A DNA stretch of 64,000 bases from Ranitomeya imitator (GCF_032444005.1 NC_091289.1:14446001-14510000); one strand, 5' to 3'; numbered from the stretch's first letter, positions 25,242 through 39,295 are shown. A program made the numbers and translations. Notes: a model not told the origin generated them from the letters alone.

Positions 25242-26629
25242 TATACATATATATATTCAATGTGTGTTTATTCAGTATGAATGTACTGGACACTTATGTT
25301 ACCTTCCAATGATGAGTTTTTGACGCTGCACAAAAAAGTAGATGGAATGTATAGAAATCTCATATCTGCAGTGATTTTTTATACTGTGTAAACTGACCTG
25401 TGGAGCGTTTTTGACACCGCAATATGTCATTCTCTCATGCTGAGTTGCAAAAATTTTCCCCATTGATTTGCATTGATTGTGGAAAATCTGCAGGTAACAA
25501 AACCGTATGTAATAATTACACAACTATATCAATAAAGTTATCAAAGCCAAATCCAAGGAAGCATAAAAAACAAAGCAGCTTCATTTAGAACATGAATAAC
25601 CAAAAAGAGGCAAAAAAAAAACAACAAAACACAGCGTCAAAAATACAATAAAAAAGCAAGGAAAAAAAAAATAGCAAATAGGTGCAGAGATCCTGTAGAA
25701 AGTCTACAACCTATATTTGTAAGTCCACTGTATCAATGTATATTTCACCAGTACGTTAAACACTAAAACGAAAAATCACCACAATTCCACCATCCCAAAA
25801 TCCAATAAATAATATGATTGGCTCTGCGCGCAAAAATAGCCCCCAAAGCCCTCACACCGCTCCATCGATGGAAAAGTTACGGGTCATAAAAATATGGCGA
25901 CAATTTTTTTTTTCTACAGAGTTCGAAAAAATGTTTAAACCACAAAATTTCTATTTAAAAAGTGTAACATCGCCACGATCGGCCCGACGCGTTTCAGGTC
26001 GTTTTACCGCACAAAATGCCATAAAAATATACAAATACAACGGTGGAATCGCGATTTCATCATTTCGCCCCATTTGAATTCTCTTTTCCCTATTTCCCAG
26101 TACATTTATATGGTAAAGTCAATGGTGTCACTCAAACCACAACTCGTCCCGAACAAAACAAATGTCCCTCATGTGGTGACGTGGAGGGAAAAAATAAAAA
26201 TCGAACCGGCTTTTTTGAGAAGAGGATTAAAAAAAAAAAAAAAAAAACACGAAAAAGGAAAATGAAACTGATAATTTCCCCATCAAGAAAGGGTTAAATA
26301 AATGATGGCCGCCAATAAAGTTCTATTATAATGCAGGCATGAAACCCCAGCTGTGATCAGTAACTGCGGAGCTTGTCCTCAGAGATCAGGCTGCTGAATC
26401 TGTCATTTGCCCCCATGCTTTACACTGCAGCACTGACTGCTCACTTTAGTAGTGGGGACTAATCAGGTATAACACGCCACATAGTCAATCAGGGAAGGAG
26501 CCTCAATAATCACGGTCACGGGTGATTTCCCACTATTGTACACACATTACAACTAGGGTTCTGCAAGCCACGTGCTCCCAGCGTCTCATCATCACCTAGC
26601 AACTGCTTCTGGGCATTCCTTCCGGCTCG

Positions 26630-26759
26630 GTCACCAATCATCCAATCAGCATTCAGCTTACATTCCTGGAGGCTGAAGTATTCTGTTTTGTGGTAGGCTG
26701 GAAGGATTGAGCGGAAACACGTGCCAGACCCGGAAGTGCAGCTGTAGAGAAAACAACGT
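26630..26759 (+). promoter_or_regulatory. Putative WDR6 promoter and non-coding exon 1
   Basis: Tandem CCAAT boxes (about 26634-26648), E-box CACGTG (26718-26723), ETS site CCGGAAGT (26730-26737) and donor GTGAGT at 26760; next acceptor gives an exon starting at 27333. Confidence 0.55.
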
Positions 26760-27389
26760 GTGAGTATGACAAGCCTGGCAGCGGCTCAGTGATCAGAATG
26801 TGACAGTGACACCTCGGACCGTAATTGTGTCACTGTAGAAGAGAAGCGGAAAGGACCATTAGTAGCAGCACAGAGCAGTGGGCAGCTCATGACTGTGCAA
26901 GGCATGCTGTGACTTATGGTTCTCCACCTGATCTAACTTTCCTAATGGCCACACAATACCCATAAAGTTATAATGAAGGTTTGCATGTTGTGGATGCAGT
27001 AGTGGACAATGTAGCCACAAAACTACAACTCCCAGCAGGACAGGGTTGGAATTGTATTGTTTGCAAAGAGGCTCAAGTTAACGATCAACAGTTACATATT
27101 CTAAATTAATAACAGCACGACGGCTTGTCTAAACAGCGCCACCTCGGTACACAGCATGAGTGTGGCATTACAGCTCAGCTCCATTCACTTCCATAGAGCT
27201 GAGCTACACAACTCACGGTCTCTGAGCAACGCTCATCTGATTATAGATACAATATTGCATCTGTGAACGGTGCATTGATCCCCTTGATTGTGGCATGTAG
27301 GGAATCAGGTTAAGATTTTTTTTTTCTTCTAGACTAATGGAGGCATCTGGGGGAGACTTCTCCGGATGAGGCTTCACGGTAACACCAAG

Positions 27390-30300
27390 ATGGAGTCACA
27401 GCTGCTGGTGGCTCCCATTACCACACTGGAATTTGTGGGTCACCATCTCCTGGCTGGTAAGTTCTAGAGGATAAGGTTTGCATGATACATGCTGTGTGTA
27501 TACATACATGAAGCATGGCGGAACAGTTGTTATACACACACATACAACACGATGGATCAGTGGTTATATATACACACACACACACCACAAATTCACATCC
27601 CACCAATGAGAACATCTGCAGGGAGTTTGTATGATCTCCCCTTATTTACATGGGTTTCCTCCCACACTCCAAAGATGAGCCCCAATGGTGACATCGGTGA
27701 TGTCTGTAAAGTGCTGTGGAATTAATGGCATTTGAGTGTATACAATAAGTTTACACGCACACAGGAAAATAAGTATTTGATACACTGGCGCTTTTGCAAG
27801 TCTTCCCCCCATGTACAAAGAATGAAGAGCTCTGCAATTCTTATCATAGATACACTTCACCTGTGAGAGACAGAATCGTAAAAAAACCAAAAAAAACAAT
27901 CACATTGTACGATTGTTACATAATTAATTAGCATTTTATTGCGTGAAATCAGTATTTGATACAATAGAAAAACAGAACTTAATATTTGATACAGAAACCT
28001 TTGTTTGCAATTGCAGAGGTCAGATGTTTCCTGTAGTTCTTGACCAGGTTCGCACACACTGCAGCAGGGATTTTGGCCCCCTCCTCCATATAAATCTTCT
28101 CCAGATCCTTCAGGTTTCAGGGCTGTCGCTGGGCAACATTGAGTTTCAGCTTCCTCCAAAGATTTCTTATTGGGCTGAGGTCTGGAGACTGGTTAGGCCA
28201 CTCCAGGACCTTGAAATGCTTCTTATGGGGCCACTCCTTAGTTGCCCTGGCTGTGTGTTTCAGGTCATTATTTTGCTGGAAGACCCAGCCACAAACCATC
28301 TTCAATGGTCTTATTGAGGGAAGGAGGTTGTTGGCCAAAATATCACGATGCATAACCCCATCCATCCTCCCTTCAATACGGTGCAGCCCCAAAGTATAAA
28401 GTTTTCCCCACCATGCTTCACGGTTGGGACCGTGTTCTTGGGGTTGTACTCCTCCATCCTCCAAATACGGCGAGTGGAGTTAATACGAAAAAGTTCTATT
28501 TTTAGCTCATCTGACCACATAACCTTCTCCCATGCCTCTTCTGGGTCATCCAGATGTTCATTAGTGAGCCTCAAGCAGGCCTGGATATGTGCTGGCGTGA
28601 TCAAGGGGACCTTGTGTGCTCTTCAGGATTTTAATCCATGGCGGCGTAGTGTTACTAACTGTAATATTTGAGACTGTGGTCCTAGCTCTCTTCAGGTCAT
28701 TGACCAGGTCTTCCTGTGTAGTTTTGAGCTGATTCTTGACTTTTCTCACAATTATCTTTCCCTCATCCAGACCGAAGAAGATCGACAGTCATCTTGTGTT
28801 TCTTCCATTTTCTAATAATTGTGCCAACAGTTGTTGCCTTTTTTCACCAAGCTGCTAGCCTATTGTCCTGTATCCCATCCCAGCCTTGTGCAGGTCTACA
28901 ATTTTGTCCATGGACAGCTCTTTGGTCTTGGCCATGGTGGAGAGTTTGGAGTGTGATTGAGTGTGTGGACAGGTGTCTTTTTATATAGGTGACGAGTTAA
29001 AACACGTGCAATTAATAGAGGTAATGAGTGCAGATTATCAGGGCTAACAGGTCTGTGAGAGCCAGAATTCTTGCTAGTTGGCAGGTGATCAAATACTTAT
29101 TTCATGCATTAAAATGAAATTTAGTTATGTAATTATCATACAATGTGATATATATAAAGATTCTGTCTCTCACAGTTGAAGTTTACTTATGGTAAAAATT
29201 TCAGACCTCTCCATTCTTTGTAGGTGGGAAAACTTGCAATATCGACAGTGTATCAAATAACTTATTTTCCCCACGATATATTAGTTTGACTTTAGCCACA
29301 TCTTGGCTTTAGGAAGCCTTTGTGACAAATATGGCTGCCAGTGACGTTTCAGCTTTCAAGAGCCCAATGAATGCAATATGTTTTCAACTAAACAGAAATA
29401 TAACTAATGTTTTATTCTGAACATGTAAATGACAATGCAGCATACAAAGCAGCAGTGTCAGCACATTATACAGTTATACCAGGAGTATGTTAGACACTAG
29501 GATCAAGTACAATAGCACTTTAAATGCACATTTGGTAATTATTAGCAAACATGAAAATGTCAAGTCACATAAATAACAAACGCATAAGACAGTGTACAAA
29601 GGTCAATCACAAGTGGTAACATAGTTATGCTGTTATCAAAGACTCAGAAACTATTACATTCAATAGCTAAACATCTTTAAAGGGAACCTGGTTTATGATT
29701 TATGCTGCCCCCACTGCTGGCTGCATTAATCATAGTTTGGCTGCACAGTTGCATTCATGTATTTTTTTTCTCTGAAATGCCCCAGCTTACTGTGTAAGCT
29801 TAAATGACAGCCATCTATGTTATCACTCCCCTTTCTCTGAAACATCTTATCACATATCTTTCCCAGAGTCTTAATTTGTAACCATTCAATCCAACTCCAT
29901 TATTGATGTATAGAGTCCAGTGGATGTTTCTCACGCACCAAAGATCCCTTTGTGCACAAGGTCCAAAGCCGCATCAAAACCCAAAGTATCCAAAGCACCA
30001 GAAACCTCTAGTAGGGATAAAATATAACTTCTATTATTCTGTCTTTAAAAGCATATTGCAGTGGTTACAAATGAGGTAGATGGAAAAAGCGATGGTTTGG
30101 CCATAATAGGCCTTTTTCAAGCCAAAATTACAAGTTTCAAAAAACAGCCATAACATAACTTGTTCTTTTGAAACTTTAAAAATATTTTGGCTTGCAAGCG
30201 GCCTATTATGTCCAAAACATCACCTTTTTTTCCATCTACCTCATTTGTAACCACTGCCAAATGCTTTTAAAGATAGAATAAAAATTGTATTTTATCCCTA

Positions 30301-33300
30301 CGTGAAGTTTCTGATGCATCGGATACTTTGGATTTTGATCCATTATTGATGTATAACCAGCAGGGCTGTGGAGTCGGAGTCGTTGTCCATTTTGGTGGAG
30401 TTGGAATAGGTACAAAATGGACTGACTCCTAAAATATGTAATAAATTGAGTTCAGTAGTTCAGTGCAGGATGTGCTGTAAATTTTTTCATAAAAATTTGA
30501 TAAAGTTATTAAATGTTTTATTCCTCGTCTAAGGATTTCTGCTTTTAGTTGAGATGAATTTGTGCTGCACTTTATGTCTTTGCTCAGCAGTGAGGCAGTG
30601 CTGTTGAGTCGTGGGTTTGGCTTACCGACTCCACAGTCCTGATAACCAGAGCGGTTTGATGTTTAGGGGCCTGTGCAAGTCATAATAACGATCATCTAAT
30701 ATAAAACTGTATTACAATAGAGTTTGTGTGTTTTATTTCCTAGGTGAAGGTCCTAATTTGACTGTTTATAGCTTGAGAAACAGCAGTTTGACCCCTTGGA
30801 AGCTTAAGGAGACCGTACTCAATGGTTACATCATTCATGGAATTAAGACATTCAGTACAGAAGACTCAAACTGTGCCATCTTGGGTGTTTTTGGAAGCAA
30901 GGGTCTTATTGTCCTGAATTTTTGCAGCAGAGAACAGGAAATAAGCCTGTCCAGAGTCTGTGAGCTCCGAGAGCTGCATGATTGGATCTGGGACATTCAG
31001 TGGCTTGGAGATGACTTGCAGTCCACCTCTTATCTCGGCATAGCCTTAGGTCACAACTCTGTAGCTTATTATGACTACAGGAAAGGAAAAGTCCTGAAAG
31101 AAATTCACTGTTCGGAAAAATGTATCTTGTATTCTGCTCATTTTGTGGGAAGAACCTGGAATGAGCTTACGTTGATCTCTGGGACTGTGTTCAACCAGCT
31201 TGTCGTATGGGGAATGTGTGACCAAACCAATGAAGAGGGAAGAGTAGAACCTCGGAGGAGAATAAGTGGGCACAATGGTGTAATTTTCAGCATTTATTAT
31301 GAAGCACAAAGGGGCATTTTGGCTTCGGCCTCTGATGACCGCAGCCTCAGGGTGTGGAAAGTGGGCAGCCTTACTAGCTGCGATCCAGAAGTCCAGTGTC
31401 TTCTCGTATTGTACGGGCACCAAGCTCGAGTGTGGTCAGTCAGACTCCTCTCAGACAATATAATCAGCATCGGAGAAGACTCGGCTTGTATCGTGTGGAG
31501 CTACAGTGGTGATATCATCCATCACTTCAAAGGTCACAGAGGTCGAGGCATAAGAGCTGTCGCCATCCAAGATCAGCTAAGTTTGGTGGCAACTGGTGGA
31601 GCAGACTGTGGTATCCGTCTTTGGCAAATTAAAGAAAAATCTTCCCCCTCTTGCAACCTATTAAATTTAAATTTTGGTGCCTCCAAATATGTTGGGACCC
31701 CCAAGGCAGTCATGTTGGCGGATATCAATTGTCTTTTGATCATGACGGACTTGGGTTTTATATACACATATGATTTCATCAGCAAGCAATGGACCTTGGT
31801 ACTGGAGGATAGGAACTATAAATCGTACGGTCTTCTAGACGTAGTCAGATTGGGTGATTCCACCTTATGTGCCATAGGTAACATAACCGGCAGTGTTAAG
31901 ATCTTCTCACTTTCATCTGCTCGGACTTGCCAGGAGTTCAAGCACCACGAAGGTAAAGTGCACAGTCTTACATGGGTTGCCCCATCTCCATCTTTAGACA
32001 CTTGCAGCCTGTTTTCTTCTGGTCCTAATGGAATAATGGTTTGGCTGGAGGTCACCTGTGTGTCTGGAGTTATCACATCTGTCACGGAGAACTGTAGGTT
32101 TCTTCTACCCACCTGCAAGCAAAGGTGGCACACCAGCATTGCACTTGTACCTGAAGAAAGTTTGATTGTCTGTGGAGACCGTAGAGGATCATTAATGCTT
32201 TTTCAAGTTTTGCAAAGCGCCCACAACCCTCCACAAGGACATGAAAAAGAACCGGTCCATGTTCTATTTGGCCTTCATGGCAAATTGGGTGTCACATCGG
32301 TGGCGTACCATAATGGCTTTGTGTATAGCAGTGGTCGAGACGGCTTTTGTCGCCAGTTGAAGGTGGAAGGACACCAGCTGGTCCTGCTCCGAAAATTCAA
32401 GTCATGTAAAGGGATGGAGTGGATCGAAAGCGTGTCCTTCGCCCTCGACGGAGATTTACACATCCTTGGTTTCCACTCCACAGACTTTGTGGTGTGGAGC
32501 ACAAGAACTAATGAGAAGCTGCTTTGCGTTCCTTGCGGTGGAGGACACAGGTCTTGGAGCTACAAGAAGGACCGTACAAAGGAAGTTTTCGCCTACATCA
32601 AATCTGGTGATGTGTTCGCCCACCATAGTCAACAGGTTGAAAGAATCCAGAATGTAGTGAAGGAACCCTTACATGGCAGAGAACTGACAAGTGTTAAATA
32701 TGTTGGGAGTGTTAATAATTGTAGCGAGGATTGTGTTGACATCCTTATCACAAGCAGTGAAGACACCACCGTTAATATCTGGGCCTTCTGTTCCAAACAC
32801 TTTTATTGCCTTTCAACCATACATGACCATCTCTCCAGTGTGAAAACTTTAGCTTTAGCAGGGACTGAATATAAAGATGGCGTCCTCTCTACTCTCCTGT
32901 TCACCGCCGGGGGCAGAGCTCAGATTGAGGTTTATCGGTTGTTGATTCAAGCGAAGGAGATTAATGGCAGCATTTCTTGTCAAGTCATCCACTTAGCTTC
33001 CCACCGACTGGACGAACACTGGGATAGAATCAAGAATAAACACCGGAGGCTGAAGATGGATCCGGAAACGAGGTATTGCTCTTGTACCAGGGGGAATGGT
33101 GGGAGCTATTGGTTATACTTACTGTGAATTTAAAGGGATTTTCCAAGATTGAAAACTATCCCCTATTAATAGGACAAATGATAACTTACGAAATGCTGTA
33201 AAACCTTCCAATTCTAATAATGCAGTAAAGGGCGAGCATGTGCACCTCTGCTTTATATGACTTCTATGGGACTGATAGCATTTAATACTGCACAGCATTT

Positions 33301-34910
33301 CACTGTTTCCTGCAGTGTATGTGCAGATTGTCCACTATTATTAATATCCATATTTTCCTCTTTTCTTTTTGTCAGATACATGTCAGTCGCAACAGTGGAC
33401 CAGATTCCAGAAATCATGAAACCTGTGCCCTACGTGTATCTGGCCGCTGCCTGCAGTGATGGATCTGTCAGGTGTGAGCATATGAGCTAAAGTGAATTAA
33501 TGATGTTCCCATTAATTGATGAGTATTTAAAGGGTTATTTTCATCATTAAAAGTCATCACCTATCAAAGGATAGGTAGTTATTTGTGAATATGGGGGTGC
33601 AGCAAGCCTAGAAAGAGGCATGAAAATGGTATAAAGGATTGGAGCGACGGCTGCACATGTGGGGCACTCGTTCTTTGTGGACCTGCTAGAGAGTACAACA
33701 TTAGCCGTCCCATAGACCTTCAGTGGCGCACATGCATGTGCTTTTTTTATCCTATTCTAGGTATTGGTGGGTGTCAGTGTCATTTTCCAGACCCCAGCGA
33801 TCCTCAGAGTATCATGATGGGTCTCATTTATTTGTGAATGATCCTTAACATGCTTTACCTTCGGCCACCACTAGAGGGAGCTCACTGAAGACACTGAGTT
33901 CAATGAAAGCGGTTTAAAGGGTCGGCCACTTTAACATCATATTTCCTAAATGGCCCTAAAGTGTGCTGTCTATGCATATACATTGATAAAGGTCCTGATA
34001 CGTCATCTACCAGGATTCCTAGGTAAAGACTATGTAGACGTTGCCCTCCCCGCATTCATAGCGGTCAGCTTGGATGCAGTCACTAGATTTGCCCATATGG
34101 TCGCTTTTCGGCTTCATTCTCTCCTGTGCAGAACTGTGACTGACAGACAGGTATCGGCACATTCGCTGGACACGCTAGACTGCGGATCTGCACCTGCAAA
34201 GAAGAGGACCCACATAATAAAGCGGTCACGTGGCTTTATCTTGTGCCCACCATCTTGCTTCCTTTGGACCCAGGGTCTAATGTGATGTCATTTAGTTCAC
34301 TTTATGTTATGTTTCTGTAGATTCTTTGTGATGAGCGAGAGATCTCGACAGATGTCATTGATAGCCGAGTCCTTTTACCACCAGCGCTGTGTACTGAAAG
34401 TAGAGACGTTCGTCCATACTTCTGGCAACGATTTAAGGTAAAATTCCAGAAAAAGATGATGTATGTCTTACATCAATAACTGTTTTTTGCTTTTTTTTAC
34501 CCTTTCTGGCAGATGAAATCCCCGGTGATCAACTGCCAAAGCTGTGGACACTCAAATATCCAACCCTGCAGCGACCTCTACAGGAGAAATGTAGTATTAC
34601 ATGGCCCCCATTGAAATGAATTAGCGACCATGTGACACATTTGTAGTGGAGTCCTCTAGATTTGGAATTCGGATGGTCCTGACTGTGGCTAATAGATGAG
34701 GTTCCAGCATGGGTCATCGTTTATTATGTCCCTTTTAGGGCTGTCCTCACTGATGCATGTGGACACCTGAGGATGTCGGGATAATAATAATCTTTATTTT
34801 TATATAGCGCTAACATATTCCGCAGCGCTTTACAGTTTTGCACACATTATCATCGCTGTCCCCGATGGGGCTCACAATCTAGAATCCCTATCAGTATGTC
34901 TTTGGAATGT

Positions 34911-34941
<31 letters not shown>

Positions 34942-37900
34942 ACGCAAACACGGGGAGAACATACAAACTCTTTGCAGATGTTGTCCTGGATGGGATTAGA
35001 ACCCAGGACCCCAGCGCTGCAAGGCTGCTGTGCTAACCACTGCGCCACCGTGCTGCCCATATGCGCAATATGCGCATTATTCCCCATTAATTCATGTTGT
35101 ATCTTCATTATAGCCTGGCACTAGATAAATATGTTTTTTCTTTATCTTAGAGTCATGCTATGCAGTGGCGCTACTGATGGTCGCATTGCATTATGGGATG
35201 TATCTGGCATGATATCCCGTGCTGACATGATGCTGGATAAGGGGGAAATAGATTGTCCTCTGCAGGGTGAGTCTGTGTATCTTATGCAGTATGGTGCTTC
35301 ATTTGTGGCTGCCGCTAGCATTAATGTACAAATGCTGAAATCTTTACAGATATTTTCTATACTGTATATTTGTTTCTTAAATTAAAAGTTAAGCCACTTT
35401 TTAAATAGTGTTCCTTAAAAATTTGCCACCATTTTGCTGTTGCAAAGTGTCTGTAACTCCTTTAGTCTGTGTGCACACGATGCGGATTTAGTGCGGATCT
35501 GCAGCGGATTTTTCCACAGTTTCGCACAGTGATTTACAGTACAATGTAAATCAATTGGAAAAAAAAATCCGCTTGAAAACCGCTGCGGATCAAAAGAAGT
35601 AGCATGCTACTTCTTTTGTGCGGAACTGCAGCATTTCTGACCCCTTCCATTGTAGAAATCCACAGGGGTAAAAAAAACGCAGAAAATCCGCATCAATTCC
35701 GCAACAAAAATGCACAAAACCCATGGCAAATCCACACCTGCATTTTCTGCCAGGAGATGCGGATTTTGTGCGGAAAATTCTGCACCCCAATCCGCCACGT
35801 GTGCACATAGCCTTAATTCATCTTATTGTTCGGCAGAAGTGTTACAAATCCATCAGTCTTCCTGCTCCAAATCGATCAGACCTCCTTCTCCTCCTGACTA
35901 TCTGTTCTACCCTTATTTCAGGGTTAGTGATAGCAACAGAGAATGAGGTTGTACAGGGAGCTGCAGTGGGGAGGGGAGGAAGCATGTACAGTGCCAGGGA
36001 GGGTTGAGAAAACAGGCTACAGCTAAAGAGGGAAAGGTGCAGGATAGAAGATGTGTTAACATGCGAATAAAAACATCAGCACCCTGGATAAACACACAGG
36101 TCACATCCGGCCTTATGTTATTGAGAGAGACACACAGACCTCACAACCAGTCTATATACTTGGTGAGACACATAGACCTCACGTTTTGCTTATATTACTG
36201 GGAGAAAAATACAGATCTTGTATCCAGCCTATATTACTAGGAGAGACACACACAGAGTTCACATTCAACCTATATTACTGGGAAGAAAATGCAGACCTTG
36301 CTTCCAGCCTACATTACTCATAGAAACATTCAGCCCAAATCCAGCCTACATTACTTGGTGGAATGTACAGACCTCGCATCCAACCTTTACTACAGAAAGA
36401 TACACCTAGACCTTGCATCCAGCTTATAATACTGAAGGGGAAATACAGAACTTGAATCCAGCCTATACTACTGGGAGAGACACTCCCATAAGATAAAAAG
36501 CTGAAACTTGGATCAGACTATAAACTGCATAACAGGGGGTTTGAGAATGAATGAAGAAATGAAGATTGCAAACTTAAAAGTAGCGTCATTTTATTATACA
36601 TAGGTAAAACTCCTTTTCTGCCATGTCAAAGGTCTCCATGGCTTAATTTTAAAATAAGTCACCGTGAAACATTATGCATTTATTGATGTCTGGTGCCCAC
36701 TGATTCTCATAGAAGAGGTAGTGAGAGCGCATTAGTACTAGCATGCACTAACCAGGCTCATTATACATTTATTAAGTGCTGACTGATTTCCCCAGAGATC
36801 ATTTGATCCATGATACATAAACAACATATGGCTAAGGAACGACAGCCAAAATCCTGTCTGTTTAATTTCTAAGATGGCACTTTGAATAAGGACTGTAGAA
36901 TAAATCGAGGTGTGACACTGCCAGGTATAAAATACTGCAATACAAAGGTATCACAATATATTACAGAAGCAATCAGAGGATTGAATGTTCAAGTCAACAA
37001 AAAAAGGGAAAAAAATCCTCTCTGCATCCGGAAAGTACAGCACAACATAAACATTATTCTGCATGGTAAATGCCAGTATAAATTAAAAAAAATAAAGCTC
37101 CAACACAACAAAAGAGAATGTTGTGAGTTTGAAATGCCTTGTTGGGATAGGGCTGTGGCACCGCCATTTTGTACATTGTTTTTGAGGCTGCTAGATCCCC
37201 GAGTACAACGCTCAGCTACAGTGGGGAACATAAGGATTTGATACGCTGCTGATTTTGCAAGTTTTCCCACCTACAAAGAATGGAGAGGTCTGTAGTTTTT
37301 ATTGTAGGCAAACTTAAATTGTGCGACTGCAAAACAGAAAATCACATTGTATGATTTGTAAATAATTAAATTTCATTTCATTGCTTGAAATAAGTATTTG
37401 ATCACCTTCCAACCAGCAGGAATTCTGCTCTCACAGACCTGTTAGTTTTTCTTTAAGAAGCCTCCTACTCTGCACTCATTACTTGTATTAATTGCACCTG
37501 TCTGACGTCGTTACCTGTATAAAAGACACCTGTCCACACTCTCAATCACACTCCAACCTCTCCACCATGGCCAAGACCAAAGAGCTGTCTAAGGACACCA
37601 GGGATAAAACCGTAGACCTGCACAAGGCTGGGATGGGCTAAAGGACAATAGACAAGCAGCTTGGTGAGAAGGTAACAACTGTTGGCACAATTATTAGAAA
37701 ATGGAAGAAACACAAGATGACTGTCAACCTTCCTTGGTCTGGGGCTCCATTCGAGATCTCGCCTCGTGGGGTAAGGATGATTCTGAGAAAGGTCAGGAAT
37801 CAGCCCAGAACTATATGGGAGGAGCTGGTTAATGACCTGAAGAGAGCTGGGACCACAGTCTCGAACATTGTTAGTAACACACTATGTCATCATGGATTAC

Positions 37901-39295
37901 AATCCTGCAGGGCACACAAGGTCCCCCTGATCACCCAGCCCATGTCCAGGCCCGTTTCATATTCGCCAATGACCATCTTACGTCATGTGGTCAGCTGAGA
38001 CCAAAGTAGAACTTTTTCATATCACCTTCACTCGCCATGTTTGAAGGAAGAAGGATGAGTACAACCCCAAGAGCACTGTCCCTGCTGTGAAGCATGGTGG
38101 GGGAAACTTCATATTTTGGGGGTGCTTTTCTGCAGATGGGACAGGACAGCTGCACCACACTGAAGGGAGGATGGATGGGGTCACGTATTTCAATATTCTG
38201 TCCAACAACCTTTTTCCCTCAGTAAGAGCATTGAAGATGGGTCGTGGCTGGGTCTTCCAGCATGATAACAACCCAAAACACACAGTCAGGGCAACTAACG
38301 AGCGGCTCTGTAAGAAGCATGTCAAGGTCCTGGAGTGGCCTAACCAGTCTCCAGACCTGAACCCAATAGGAAATCTCTGGAGGAGCTGAAACTCAATGTT
38401 GCCCAGCGACAGCCCCAAAACCTGAAAGTTCTGGATAAGATCTGTGTGGAGGAAGGGGCCAATATCCCTGCTGCAGTGTGTGCAAACCTGGTCAAGATCT
38501 ACAGGAAACGTCTGACCTCTGTAATAACAAACAAAGGTTTCTGCACCAAATATTAAGTTCTGTTTTTCTATTGTATCAAATACTTATTTCATGCAATACA
38601 ATGCAAATTAATTATGTAACAATCATACAATGTGATTTTCTGAATTTTGTTAGATTCTGTATCTCACAGTTGAACTGTACCGACGATAAAAATTACAGAC
38701 CTCCCCATTGTTTGTAGGTGGGAAAACTGCAAAATCAGCAGAATATCAAATACTTGTTTTCCCCACCGTATATATGACCGTCCTATAGGATGTCAGCGGA
38801 GAGACGCACACAATTGAGGTAGTTGATAATGAAACCTAACAAAAACCTCTGTTTCTTACAGATTTGGGATCTGTTTTCTTTATCTTCTCCGCTCACCAGT
38901 GTGGGATCAACAGTCTCTGTGTCCAGACGACTAAAGATGGACACTATCTGGTCGCCAGCGGCGGAGATGACAATTCTATCCATGTGTGTTGGTTATTATT
39001 GAATCACGAAGGTCCCAGAGGACGAGGTGCACAACTTCTCCGGTCAGTCTCTGCCAACTCTGCTCATGCTGCACATGTCACCGGACTGCGCCTCCTCCGA
39101 GATGACCTCCTGGTGTCAGTGTCTGTGGATCAGCGGCTGACTCTATGGAATATTGGGGACACTGATCTTAGACATGTGGCCACCAGATTCTGTCACGTGG
39201 CCGACGTTTCAGAATTAGACTTCTGGACACGTGATGAAAGGCATCTATGTGTTCTCTGCGGGCAAGGCCTGGAGATTGTGAAATGTGAACACTAG
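27390..39295 (+). CDS. wdr6: WD repeat-containing protein 6 (Trm734 homologue, FTSJ1 partner), 1052 aa
   Basis: Coding exons 27390-27456, 30744-33072, 33376-33471, 34321-34437, 35151-35266, 38862-39295 (3159 nt, phase-consistent). N-terminus [26 protein letters not shown]; motifs [26 protein letters not shown] and AHAAHVTGL match WDR6. Confidence 0.95.
27754..29275 (-). mobile_element. Decayed Tc1 transposon in a WDR6 intron
   Basis: Degenerate TIRs (AAAATAAGTATTTGATACACTG). Frameshifted minus-strand transposase from ATG 28935 with [21 protein letters not shown] and [11 protein letters not shown] motifs. Confidence 0.9.
29913..30338. mobile_element. Hairpin insertion with 17-bp TSD carrying decayed hammerhead-like motifs
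   Basis: Direct repeat TCCATTATTGATGTATA at 29896-29912 and 30339-30355; inverted arms span 29973-30339. Confidence 0.65.
30361..30641. mobile_element. hAT-family non-autonomous element
   Basis: TIR CAGGGCTGTGGAGTCG; perfect 8-bp TSD ATAACCAG at 30353-30360 and 30642-30649. Confidence 0.88.
34781..35058 (-). mobile_element. tRNA-derived V-SINE-like element
   Basis: Near-identical to 8321-8600. Confidence 0.85.
35465..35812. mobile_element. PIF/Harbinger-like MITE
   Basis: Imperfect TIR (G)GCTATGTGCACACG; TTA on both flanks. Confidence 0.65.
37219..38768 (+). mobile_element. Decayed Tc1 transposon in the last WDR6 intron
   Basis: TA|CAGTGGGG...CCCCACCG|TA. Transposase from ATG 37567 ([14 protein letters not shown]) has stops and frameshifts; [15 protein letters not shown] and [11 protein letters not shown] motifs. 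Same family as 27754-29275. Confidence 0.92.

Noticed and set aside
25981-26012. GAAACGCGTC on the minus strand, a possible hammerhead half
   Set aside because: No CUGANGA core or stem II upstream.
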